From an uncultured Chitinophagales bacterium (GTDB lineage: Bacteria; Bacteroidota; Bacteroidia; Chitinophagales; UBA8649), in contig CAWVRT010000007.1 in NCBI GenBank assembly GCA_963932515.1, forward strand, positions 4,450 through 68,449: a stretch of DNA of 64,000 bases, given 5' to 3'. This document shows, one piece after another, positions 30,370 to 39,826 of this stretch. Under the pieces are notes generated by a model, which saw only the letters and a list, made by a program, of their open reading frames with translations, was not told the origin of the DNA and did not search any database. Position 1 is the first letter of the stretch; the number at the start of each line of letters is the position of its first letter. Both the position numbers and the translations under genes were made by a program.

Positions 30370-31365
30370 TTAAGTAAAGTTCATAAAATTAATGATAATT
30401 GTCAAAAGTAAGACAAGGTGTATAAATTCTGCAACTATATTTCGTTTAATTCTGTTAAATAAAATACTCAGGAATATAGCTATTGGGAAAAACAAAAAAA
30501 TGACTAAGGAAATATGGTTCTCGTTTTGAAATAAATACACTAAAAAAACATTAAAAATAAATATACCAATTCCGCCAAAAAAAACTTTGATTTCCATCAA
30601 TTGTTTAGAAACAAAATTGGAAACAAAATAAATGGAGGACAATGATAATAAAAGCAATAAAATACTGGACGGAATCTTACTTAATGAATAGAAATTAAAA
30701 TGAAAGTTATTGAGTTTAAAACTATTAAAAATAGTGTCAGCTAGTTGCCATTGGTCTGATAAAATATAAAAAGCTACCACATAAAACAAAGGAATTAGTA
30801 CCGTAAAAAAAACAGCTAAAAATGCTCTTAAATTTAATTTTGATTTGTTGTATAAAAAGTAAAAAACAACTAGTAAAAAAATGAAACTAGGTAGCCAAAA
30901 CATACTTGCTACACCTATAAATAGTGCAATGTCAAAAATGGATTTTTTTTTATTATTACTCTCTACAAAGACTATTAGTTTTCTAAACGCTAGAAGAATA
31001 AATGTTGCTGAAATGAGTTGAGGGCTTAAGTATAATAAGTCTGGATGCAAATGCATAATGAGAACAAAAAGCCATGCAGGTAAGAATGATTTTAATTCCG
31101 TATTTTTATATAGTTCAAATATTGACATAATAATACCCGCTTGAAAAAAAACGATTATAGCAGTTAGTAAAAGATTAAAAAACCGATTTGTCAATAATTT
31201 TAACCCTAGTGTGTTTTTTAAGAACAAACTGAATGGTGCTAGCTCCTCTTGCCATAAGTTTGGTACATACGCGCCAAATAATACGTCTATTCTTAAAGCC
31301 ATCATAAAAATAATGATAATAAGAACCGGAATAAACGCTAAATGAGATTTAAATAATTTAAGCAT
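30370..31365 (-). CDS. Hypothetical polytopic inner-membrane protein
   Basis: 331 aa, with about 9-10 hydrophobic segments by eye. No motif recognised. Confidence 0.55.
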   Translation of the reverse strand: MLKLFKSHLAFIPVLIIIIFMMALRIDVLFGAYVPNLWQEELAPFSLFLKNTLGLKLLTNRFFNLLLTAIIVFFQAGIIMSIFELYKNTELKSFLPAWLFVLIMHLHPDLLYLSPQLISATFILLAFRKLIVFVESNNKKKSIFDIALFIGVASMFWLPSFIFLLVVFYFLYNKSKLNLRAFLAVFFTVLIPLFYVVAFYILSDQWQLADTIFNSFKLNNFHFNFYSLSKIPSSILLLLLSLSSIYFVSNFVSKQLMEIKVFFGGIGIFIFNVFLVYLFQNENHISLVIFLFFPIAIFLSILFNRIKRNIVAEFIHLVLLLTIIINFMNFT

Positions 31366-31374
31366 AGAATACTT

Positions 31375-32835
31375 TTAGTTGAAAATTACTTTGATAATAG
31401 AAAAAGAATTATTTAAAAATGAAGGAATTAATATTTCATTCGGTCCAGTTTGCACACTCATTTTTACAACTGGCATTACATTGTTTTGAGCACTATTTAA
31501 AATATAGTCTCGATAAATAGTTGAATGTGCATTGATTTCATAATTCTTTAAAGTAGCGTTTGTATTGATTTCATCTAAAAACAAGACATTTAATTTATCT
31601 TGTTGATTAACTATAAAAAACGAACTATAGCCTCCTTTATCATCTAAAGATTGCTGTCTTTTATTAATAATATTTACACTTTCTAAAGCCATGTTGTTAG
31701 AAATTGTATAAACTATTACATCATTATAATTAAAATATTTTGTTTTATAAGTGTTTTCACTAAAAACACTCGGCCCAGAATTTACACTACCTGATCGATA
31801 AGGAATACTTTTTGTTTCTACGTTTTCATAAAAAGACTCCGCAAATACTAAATAGCCTCCATCTTGTTTTGGAATAATACTTTTGAAATAGAACGTTTGT
31901 AAGCTAATATTATCTTTTTTACTTTCCTTGCCGGTAAGTAATTGATAAAACGCTTTAGTGAAAATTTCTGTTACTTTATTAGACTTTACACCTGTTTCTA
32001 AATTCAACTTAAAACTAAAAAATGCGTTTGCAGCATTTGTTTTTTTCCCTTCTCTAAATAAATTAAATCCTGCAAAAATTAGTTCTTTGGTCTTATTGTC
32101 TACTTCAATTTTCAATTTCTTAAAAATTTCATTTTCAATTTTTAAAGGAATTATTTTTAAATCTGCATTTACTGCTTTATAGTAAACTCTAAAATTATTG
32201 GTAGATTCTTGGTCTTTAAAAACTAAAACAAATCCTCCATCATTTAAGACTAATAACCTTATGTATTTCCCTTCTTTTATAAATTTATTTTGCAAATCTA
32301 CTTTTTGAACTTTTTCAAGTGCTGTATTATATATACTTATTGAAAATTTATTCATTTTCCCCGCAGAAAAAACAGGTAAATAACTAGCAACAAATTTTTC
32401 ATTAAAGGAATATTTAGCTCTTAAATTTTCTTGAACTAAATCTTTTCTTTCTACCAAAGAATCTAAGATTAAAGGTTTTGATTTAATATTGAACTTAGCA
32501 TCTAGTTTTCTAGCTTGTATTAAAGTATATTCCTTATTGGCTTTGGTATAAATTAGCCAGCCTTGTTTAGCTTGAATCCAGATTTTTTTTAGATTTTCAT
32601 CTTTTGCTAAAACAATTTCTTTTGAAGAAACTTTTTTAAGTTTAGCATTATATAAATCGAGATAGTTTGCCTTAGCTCCCCATCGCTGAGCAACTATATA
32701 ATTAACATTTCTACCTAATATTTTAAACCTAGGAACTTTACTGTTAAGCTTTGTTTCTTTAGAAAAATCATATTCTTGCGCATAGAAAAAAGAAAAAAGA
32801 AGACATAATAATATGGTAAAGTTTAATTTCTTCAT
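31375..32835 (-). CDS. Hypothetical secreted protein (beta-rich)
   Basis: 486 aa with the signal peptide MKKLNFTILLCLLFSFFYAQ. Recurrent GG[FY]-hydrophobic strands (GGFVLVF, GGYLVFA, GGYSSFFIV). No motif recognised. Confidence 0.55.
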   Translation of the reverse strand: MKKLNFTILLCLLFSFFYAQEYDFSKETKLNSKVPRFKILGRNVNYIVAQRWGAKANYLDLYNAKLKKVSSKEIVLAKDENLKKIWIQAKQGWLIYTKANKEYTLIQARKLDAKFNIKSKPLILDSLVERKDLVQENLRAKYSFNEKFVASYLPVFSAGKMNKFSISIYNTALEKVQKVDLQNKFIKEGKYIRLLVLNDGGFVLVFKDQESTNNFRVYYKAVNADLKIIPLKIENEIFKKLKIEVDNKTKELIFAGFNLFREGKKTNAANAFFSFKLNLETGVKSNKVTEIFTKAFYQLLTGKESKKDNISLQTFYFKSIIPKQDGGYLVFAESFYENVETKSIPYRSGSVNSGPSVFSENTYKTKYFNYNDVIVYTISNNMALESVNIINKRQQSLDDKGGYSSFFIVNQQDKLNVLFLDEINTNATLKNYEINAHSTIYRDYILNSAQNNVMPVVKMSVQTGPNEILIPSFLNNSFSIIKVIFN

Positions 32836-32864
32836 AATATTTAAACGAACAAAAGCTTGAAGTA

Positions 32865-34133
32865 TTACTGCTTCATCTTAGGATCAAGAGCATCTGTAAG
32901 ACCTTCCCCAATTAGATTGTAAATAGTAACGGTTACAAATATTGCAAAACCTGGGATAATTGCTAACCACCAAGCGGCAAAATTTGATCTAGCAGAAGTT
33001 AATAGTTTCCCCCAAGTCATAATACCTGGTTCTACACCAATTCCTAAGAAAGATAAACTTGACTCTGTAAGAATAGCTCCGGCTACACCAAACGCAATAG
33101 CAACTAAAACAGGTGCTAACGCATTAGGTAAAGCATGAATAAAAATAGATCTTAATTCTCCAAATCCTAACGATTGAGCGGCTTCCATATATTCTAAGTT
33201 TCTTACTCTTAAAAACTCAGCTCTTGTAAACCTTGCTATTCCTGTCCAACTTGTTAATCCGATGACTACCATTAAAAGCATGATAGATGGTTTTGAAATA
33301 GCCACAATTGTCAATATTAATAACATTTTAGGTATTGAACTAAACACCTCAATAAAACGCATCAATAATAAATCTAAAGGAATATTAATTTTAGTTTTAA
33401 ATAAACCCATTTTTTCAACAAGACTTCCAAGTGAATTGGGAATAATCATTAATACAAAAAATGCTATAATTCCTAGAAGTCCTAGTTTCAATGCGTAGAA
33501 AAAAGCTATAGGTAAAAATAAAATATTTAACAAGACTTTAAACCATGAAGATTTCAATCTATCATCACCATAAAATCCTGCAATAGCTCCAAATATTATC
33601 CCTATAAATGATGAAATAGACATAGAAACAACACCTACCTTAACAGCGATAGTTGTACCGTGAAGCATTCCAGATAGTAAATCATGACCAGTTTCATCTG
33701 TTCCTAGCCAATGTTTCCATCTCATTGACTCAATATTTTGGTTATCAAAAGGTCCTTTAAAATGCGCATTTCTCAAATCAAATTCATCTTGAGCATAAGG
33801 AACTGGAGCCCAAACTACACTTTCGTAGGTAGCTGTTTTCCAATCTATAATTTTCTTCATTTCTGGTTGCCATTTTGCCATACCAAAACCTACTGCTATT
33901 TCTCTAAAAGCAGGGAAATATGTTTCTCCTTTATATTTCGCATATAAAGGGGTGTCATTTGCTAATATAGGTGCTAATAAGCCAATTACTATTATAACTA
34001 CTAAAAAACGCAATGACCAAACTGCTGCTCTATTTTTATTAAATTGTCTTTTTACAATAGCCCCATAACTTTGGTCTATATCATAAACAACTTCTCTTTG
34101 TTCTTTATTTTCTACTAAATTATCTTTACTCAT
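32865..34133 (-). CDS. ABC transporter permease, OppC/DppC-like, with long N-terminal extension
   Basis: 422 aa. EAA-loop region AAQSLGFGELRSIFIHALPNALAPV. The start overlaps the upstream permease's stop by 1 nt (TAATG). Confidence 0.88.
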   Translation of the reverse strand: MSKDNLVENKEQREVVYDIDQSYGAIVKRQFNKNRAAVWSLRFLVVIIVIGLLAPILANDTPLYAKYKGETYFPAFREIAVGFGMAKWQPEMKKIIDWKTATYESVVWAPVPYAQDEFDLRNAHFKGPFDNQNIESMRWKHWLGTDETGHDLLSGMLHGTTIAVKVGVVSMSISSFIGIIFGAIAGFYGDDRLKSSWFKVLLNILFLPIAFFYALKLGLLGIIAFFVLMIIPNSLGSLVEKMGLFKTKINIPLDLLLMRFIEVFSSIPKMLLILTIVAISKPSIMLLMVVIGLTSWTGIARFTRAEFLRVRNLEYMEAAQSLGFGELRSIFIHALPNALAPVLVAIAFGVAGAILTESSLSFLGIGVEPGIMTWGKLLTSARSNFAAWWLAIIPGFAIFVTVTIYNLIGEGLTDALDPKMKQ

Positions 34134-35662
34134 TATCCTTTCTTATTTGTAAATGAAATCCTTGGATCTACAGCAGCATACATCAAATCTGCTAACAACA
34201 TACTTACCATAACTAATATAGCAGAAAACATTAGCACTGTATACATTACAGGATAATTCCTTGCCATTACAGCTGTAAAGGCTGCTCTACCCATTCCATT
34301 GATATTGAAAATAATCTCTATTATAAATGAGCCACCAATTAATGAAGGTAATATACTTGCAAACATGGTAATGATTGGAATTAATGAATTTCTAAATGTA
34401 TGTTTCCAAGTAACAACATTTTCTGATAAACCTTTTGCTTTCGCTGTTCTAATATAGTCTTGTTTCATAACCCCCAACATAGACCCTCTCATTTGTCTTG
34501 CGGTATAAGTAAAAGAAGCATATAGCATACAAAATATAGGCAATACTAAATGATGTACTTCATCTAAAAATCTTGTTAAGAAAGGGGCATCTGCGGGCAT
34601 ATCTGCGGAATGCAAACCATAGGTAGGGAAAAAATCCATACCGTATTCGGGAGTGGTTAAATAGACTATTAACATAGTCGCTACCCAGAACCCAGGCAAT
34701 GAGTATAAAATAAATAGAATAATAGATACTACTCTATCAAATTTTGTACCTCTAGCTTTAGCTAATTTTACGCCTAATGGAATGGCAATAATTGTACTTA
34801 ATATTATGGCAATAATATTCATTTTCATGGTGATACCTACTGCTTCCCAAATAATAGATTTTACTGGTCGACCATCTAAATATGAATTTCCAAAGTCTCC
34901 TCTAAAAAACCCATACTGGACATTGGTGTCATCTTCTGAAACAAAAGAAGTATTTCCAAACAACCAAACATGATATTGATTATTGAATCCGTACCAATTA
35001 AATTTTGGTAACCAATTTTTAATTGGTGTAGCTTCAGATTTCATAGTGTGGTAAGCATCTTTTAATGCCATCAATTTAGATTGCATAATTGTCAATGGAA
35101 CCATCGTTTTAGAGGTAACACTATCAATTTTCACAGTTGCTTCACTAGTAATTGCATCCGTAATTTTACTTAAAAGTTTAGCAATTTTCACATCATCACT
35201 TTCATGAATCAGTTTATTATAATTATTTGTAAATTTTTTCAAGCCTTTATATGAGGCGTCTTCACGAACTACATTGAAGCTTTCCGCTTCTATATTTTTT
35301 AAAGCTTTATAGTAAACCTCTATTTGCTCCCAGTTTCCGTATTGATCAACTAGGCTACTAAGGTTTTCTTTTTCTTTTTTTCTTGTTATTTTATATAAAT
35401 CTTTAGGAGTAGACTGTGGTGTTACCGTGAAATAAAAAGAAGGAATATCTAAACCCAACTTCCTTTTCATTTGAAGATACTGCTTTTCACCAGCCAACTT
35501 ATCTGCCTTTTGTCCACCACCCTTTTGACCAGACATTCCTCCAGCCATTCTCAATTCTACCGGGTCACCGGGCGCCATTTTACTTAAACCAAAAGTAAAT
35601 AATGAAATTAAAAATAGTGTAGGGATAAAGTACATTACCCTTTTTAATATATATTTAAACAT
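34133..35662 (-). CDS. ABC transporter permease, OppB/DppB-like, with a ~230-aa loop insertion after TM1
   Basis: 509 aa. N-terminus YILKRVMYFIPTLFLISLFTFGL; EAA-loop region AKAKGLSENVVTWKHTFRNSLIPII. Confidence 0.88.
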   Translation of the reverse strand: MFKYILKRVMYFIPTLFLISLFTFGLSKMAPGDPVELRMAGGMSGQKGGGQKADKLAGEKQYLQMKRKLGLDIPSFYFTVTPQSTPKDLYKITRKKEKENLSSLVDQYGNWEQIEVYYKALKNIEAESFNVVREDASYKGLKKFTNNYNKLIHESDDVKIAKLLSKITDAITSEATVKIDSVTSKTMVPLTIMQSKLMALKDAYHTMKSEATPIKNWLPKFNWYGFNNQYHVWLFGNTSFVSEDDTNVQYGFFRGDFGNSYLDGRPVKSIIWEAVGITMKMNIIAIILSTIIAIPLGVKLAKARGTKFDRVVSIILFILYSLPGFWVATMLIVYLTTPEYGMDFFPTYGLHSADMPADAPFLTRFLDEVHHLVLPIFCMLYASFTYTARQMRGSMLGVMKQDYIRTAKAKGLSENVVTWKHTFRNSLIPIITMFASILPSLIGGSFIIEIIFNINGMGRAAFTAVMARNYPVMYTVLMFSAILVMVSMLLADLMYAAVDPRISFTNKKG

Positions 35663-35685
35663 ACTTGTTTTTTATCTTAGAAAAT

Positions 35686-37512
35686 TTATTCTGCACTTGG
35701 CATTGAAACACTTGCGCCAAAAGATTTATTTATCTTAAATCTTGAAGCCTCATAACCTGGTCTTACCGCATAACCTTCTGCATTTTCAAATCTTTTATGA
35801 ATAGCGATTTTTGATCTTCCAGTAAACATAAAAATATAAGGAGCTTCTTCATGAATAATTTCCTGAATTTCCATATACATTTTGTTTCTTTTTTCTTCAT
35901 CTAATTCAAAACGAATACTTTCAATTAATTTATCAGTATAAGCATTACCAAAACCTACATAATTAGAACCTCCATTAAACGATTCTGTATGCCAGATTTG
36001 CTTCATATCTGAAAGACCAGAACCCATAACCCATCCTAATGATACCATATCAAAATTATGAGATTTTGTATCTTCTAAGAATACAGTCCATTCTTTAGCT
36101 ACAATTTCTACTTCTATTCCAATTTTTGAAAAATCTTTTTTAATTAACAAAGCCATGTTTTCCCCTGTAGTAGAACCAGAAGTATATTCAAACTCCAATA
36201 TTAATGATAGTTCATCACCATCTACTTCTTTGTCTCTAATATTATCATCATCTGTATCTATCCATCCTGCCTCGTCTAACAAAGCTGCTGCTTTCTCTAA
36301 ATCATAAGGATAAGGTTCAATATCATTATTGTAATAAGGCTTGTTTGGGTGAATTGGGCTTACCGTTCTTTCTGCTAAACCATACATAAATACGTCTCTG
36401 ATCGTTTGGTAGTCTATGGCCATAGATAAAGCTTGTCTAACTCTTTTGTCAGCCAATTGTGGTTTCTTTGTATTTAAACCAATGTATCCATAAGAAGGAG
36501 AAACTGGCGTTTCAAATTTGAATTTTTTCAAAAATTCTTTATCGTCTTTTAAATCTAAGTAATCTTTAGAAAGATGTTTCATTAAGTCTAATCCCTCATC
36601 TTTTTGAGCAGTTTTTGCTGTCGTAGCATCTACAATAATTTCAAAAGTTATTTTATCTGGGTAGTTATTAAAACCTTTTTCTACACCAACTAACTCTTTT
36701 GCCCACCAATTAGCATTTTTATCTAAAACAACTCTTTCTCCTGTACTCCAAGATTTAAAAGTATAGGGTCCAGAAGCTAAAATTTTATCTCTAGAAAAGG
36801 TTTCACTATTAAATAATTTAGCAAAACCATTAATTTTCTTATTCCCCATTAAAGATTCTAAATTCTTTGGATTAGACAAATCTCTGATTGAAAAATCTTT
36901 CATTAACCCTTCAGGATCGTATTCACTTCTTTGTAAAGCGTATAAACCACCCGCTATACTTTCAGCTAAAAAATATTTATCTTTTAAAACAACAGATATT
37001 TTTTTAGGATTTTGCGCATCAACTTCAACATCTATTATAGATTCAAAATATGGTCTTAAGTTCTCACAATCTACTTTTGGATTTTTTACTGCTTTTACAT
37101 AGAATGCAAAATCATGTCCAGTAATTGGTGTCCCATCATTAAAGTTTGCGTTATCTCTTATTTCAAAAGAATATTTTAGACCTTCACTTTTTTCACCAAA
37201 AAAATCAATTGCTACAGCTTCCATTACAGGTAATGCTTTTGCAATATAAGGTGTGTATTCTAATGTTTTAGGATCTTGACCAATCAATGTTTCAAAAAGA
37301 TATGCTTGCACTTCAGATGCTACTGCACTTGTAGCTGTTACAATATTTAATTTATCTGGATTAGATCCCATTTGAATAATCACCTCATTAATTCCAGCTC
37401 TTTTAGATTTTACTATAGTACTATCAGTAGCACCGCTACCACCACAAGCTATAAACAGTCCCATAGTTGAAACGAAAAAAATTGATTCTACTACATTTTT
37501 GATTTGCATCAT
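35686..37512 (-). CDS. ABC transporter substrate-binding lipoprotein, family 5 (peptide/nickel type)
   Basis: 608 aa with the lipobox LFIACG. General family-5 SBP layout (WSTGERVVLDKNANWW, GYIGLNTKKP). Confidence 0.85.
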   Translation of the reverse strand: MMQIKNVVESIFFVSTMGLFIACGGSGATDSTIVKSKRAGINEVIIQMGSNPDKLNIVTATSAVASEVQAYLFETLIGQDPKTLEYTPYIAKALPVMEAVAIDFFGEKSEGLKYSFEIRDNANFNDGTPITGHDFAFYVKAVKNPKVDCENLRPYFESIIDVEVDAQNPKKISVVLKDKYFLAESIAGGLYALQRSEYDPEGLMKDFSIRDLSNPKNLESLMGNKKINGFAKLFNSETFSRDKILASGPYTFKSWSTGERVVLDKNANWWAKELVGVEKGFNNYPDKITFEIIVDATTAKTAQKDEGLDLMKHLSKDYLDLKDDKEFLKKFKFETPVSPSYGYIGLNTKKPQLADKRVRQALSMAIDYQTIRDVFMYGLAERTVSPIHPNKPYYNNDIEPYPYDLEKAAALLDEAGWIDTDDDNIRDKEVDGDELSLILEFEYTSGSTTGENMALLIKKDFSKIGIEVEIVAKEWTVFLEDTKSHNFDMVSLGWVMGSGLSDMKQIWHTESFNGGSNYVGFGNAYTDKLIESIRFELDEEKRNKMYMEIQEIIHEEAPYIFMFTGRSKIAIHKRFENAEGYAVRPGYEASRFKINKSFGASVSMPSAE

Positions 37513-37705
37513 ATTAATATTATTTTCAGTTAAAAATTATTAGTCTGCTAATTTAATGTTATTTTATTGTTTTTAATACATTCTAAGCCTTTTTTTAGAA
37601 TTACTATTGAGTAGGTTTTCTATCGTTAATTGGATTTCTAGCCAACAATATTTTTAGTAACTAAATATTAGCTGCTAATTTATCTCATCAAATATACTAG
37701 CGTTG

Positions 37706-39709
37706 TTAGAACAAATCTTCTAAATCGCTATCTGCAACAATATTTGGCAAAGTAACTTTCAGTTCTGGTGTTCTTGCCATTTCTCTTTTAATAGCAAACA
37801 TAGCACCTTCATTTCTTGCCCAGCTTCTTCTAGAAATCCCATTATTTACGTCCCAAAAAAGCATAGATTTTAATCTTTTATCTGCAGCTTGTGAACCGTC
37901 AAGGGTCATTCCAAAACCACCGTTTACAACTTCGCCCCAGCCTACGCCACCTCCATTGTGTATAGAAACCCAAGTAGCTCCTCTAAAGCTATCGCCTATT
38001 ACATTTTGAATAGCCATGTCTGCCGTAAACATAGAGCCGTCATAAATGTTAGAAGTTTCTCTATAAGGACTATCTGTTCCAGATACATCATGATGGTCTC
38101 TACCTAAATTAATAGGTTCAGAAATGTCTCCATTAGCAACCGCCTGATTGAAGGCTTCCGCTATCTTCATTCTTCCTTCGGCATCTGCATATAAAATCCT
38201 AGCTTGTGAACCAACTACTAATTTATTTTCTTGAGCGCCTTTAATCCATTGAATATTATCCTGCATTTGCTGCTGAATTTCTTTAGGAGAAGTTTTAATC
38301 ATTTCTTCCAATATATCAATCGCTATTTGGTCGGTTTTTAATAAATCTGCTGGTTTCGCAGAAGTACAAACCCATCTAAATGGACCAAACCCATAATCAA
38401 AACACATTGGGCCCATAATATCTTCTACATAAGAAGGGTATCTAAAACCACTTGGTGTATCCGCTTTTACCGCTGCACCAGCTCTAGAAGCTTCTAATAA
38501 AAAGGCATTTCCATAATCGAAAAAGTATGTTCCTTTATCAGCATGTTTGTTGATAGCGGCAATTTGTCTTCTTAAACTTTCATAAACATGCTCTTTAAAT
38601 AAATCTGGTTTATGTGCCATCATTTCATTGGCTTCTTCAAAACTTAAATCTACCGGGTAGTATCCACCCGCCCAAGGATTGTGTAAAGAAGTTTGATCTG
38701 AACCTAAATCTATATAAATATTCTCTTTATCAAATTTTTCCCAAACGCTTACAATATTTCCATCAAAGGCAATCGAAACAATTTCTTTATTTTCTTTGGC
38801 TTCTTTTACTCGAGTACATAATTCATCTATGTTAGAAATTATTTCATCTACCCAGCCTTGTTCATGTCGTTTAAAACTTGCTTCTTTATTTACTTCCGCA
38901 CAAACCGTAATACAACCTGCTATATTACCAGCTTTTGGTTGCGCGCCACTCATACCACCCAAACCTGAAGTTAGAAATAGTTTCCCTGCTAAATCTTCCC
39001 CATTTTTAGCTATTTTTCTTCCTGCATTTAAAACGGTAATAGTTGTTCCGTGTACAATTCCTTGCGGACCAATATACATATAAGATCCTGCTGTCATCTG
39101 TCCGTATTGTGTTACGCCTAATGCATTATATTTTTCCCAGTCGTCTGGTTTTGAATAGTTAGGAATCATCATTCCGTTAGTCACTACTACTCTTGGAGCA
39201 TTTGTGTTAGACGGAAACAAGCCCATTGGATGTCCGCTATACACAACTAAGGTTTGCTTATCTGTCATTTCAGAAAGATATTGCATAGTTACTAAGTATT
39301 GCCCCCAATTTTGAAAAACAGCACCATTGCCACCATAAGTAATTAATTCATCTGGATGCTGTGCAACTGCTGGATCTAAATTATTATGAATCATGTGCAT
39401 AATTGATTTTGCCTGAACAGATTTTCCTGGATATTCAGAAATTGGTCTTGCATACATTTCGTAAGTAGGTTTGAATCTATACATATAGATTCTACCATAC
39501 TTTTTTAATTCTAGGGCAAATTCTTTCGATAGTTCTGCATGCCATTTTTTAGGGAAATACCTTAATGCATTTCTAACAGCCAATGTTTTTTCGTTTATAG
39601 AAAGCACATCCTTTCTTACAGGAGCATGACTTACAGAAAGGTCTAATTGCTTACTTTTAGGAAGGCTTTCTGTAAGCCCTTCACTTATTTCTTTTTGAAA
39701 TGAATTCAT
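37706..39709 (-). CDS. hutU: Urocanate hydratase
   Basis: 667 aa. GLGGMSGAQP NAD-binding region and the long HutU-specific conserved blocks (YGGNGAVFQNWGQY, GVGWGEV). Confidence 0.96.
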   Translation of the reverse strand: MNSFQKEISEGLTESLPKSKQLDLSVSHAPVRKDVLSINEKTLAVRNALRYFPKKWHAELSKEFALELKKYGRIYMYRFKPTYEMYARPISEYPGKSVQAKSIMHMIHNNLDPAVAQHPDELITYGGNGAVFQNWGQYLVTMQYLSEMTDKQTLVVYSGHPMGLFPSNTNAPRVVVTNGMMIPNYSKPDDWEKYNALGVTQYGQMTAGSYMYIGPQGIVHGTTITVLNAGRKIAKNGEDLAGKLFLTSGLGGMSGAQPKAGNIAGCITVCAEVNKEASFKRHEQGWVDEIISNIDELCTRVKEAKENKEIVSIAFDGNIVSVWEKFDKENIYIDLGSDQTSLHNPWAGGYYPVDLSFEEANEMMAHKPDLFKEHVYESLRRQIAAINKHADKGTYFFDYGNAFLLEASRAGAAVKADTPSGFRYPSYVEDIMGPMCFDYGFGPFRWVCTSAKPADLLKTDQIAIDILEEMIKTSPKEIQQQMQDNIQWIKGAQENKLVVGSQARILYADAEGRMKIAEAFNQAVANGDISEPINLGRDHHDVSGTDSPYRETSNIYDGSMFTADMAIQNVIGDSFRGATWVSIHNGGGVGWGEVVNGGFGMTLDGSQAADKRLKSMLFWDVNNGISRRSWARNEGAMFAIKREMARTPELKVTLPNIVADSDLEDLF

Positions 39710-39754
39710 AATAAAACGTTTAAGCTACGAATTTCTTAAAAATATATTGAAAAG

Positions 39755-39762
39755 CAAAATTA
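39755..39762 (-). promoter_or_regulatory. -7 promoter box candidate for hutU
   Basis: The plus strand reads caaaatta, which is TAATTTTG on the minus strand. It lies 46 nt upstream of the hutU ATG. Confidence 0.35.
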
Positions 39763-39826
39763 TTTGTATCTTAGAGTCAGTAAAGTTTAAAATAGCTAAC
39801 AAAAAAGCAATAAGTTCTAAAAAGAA

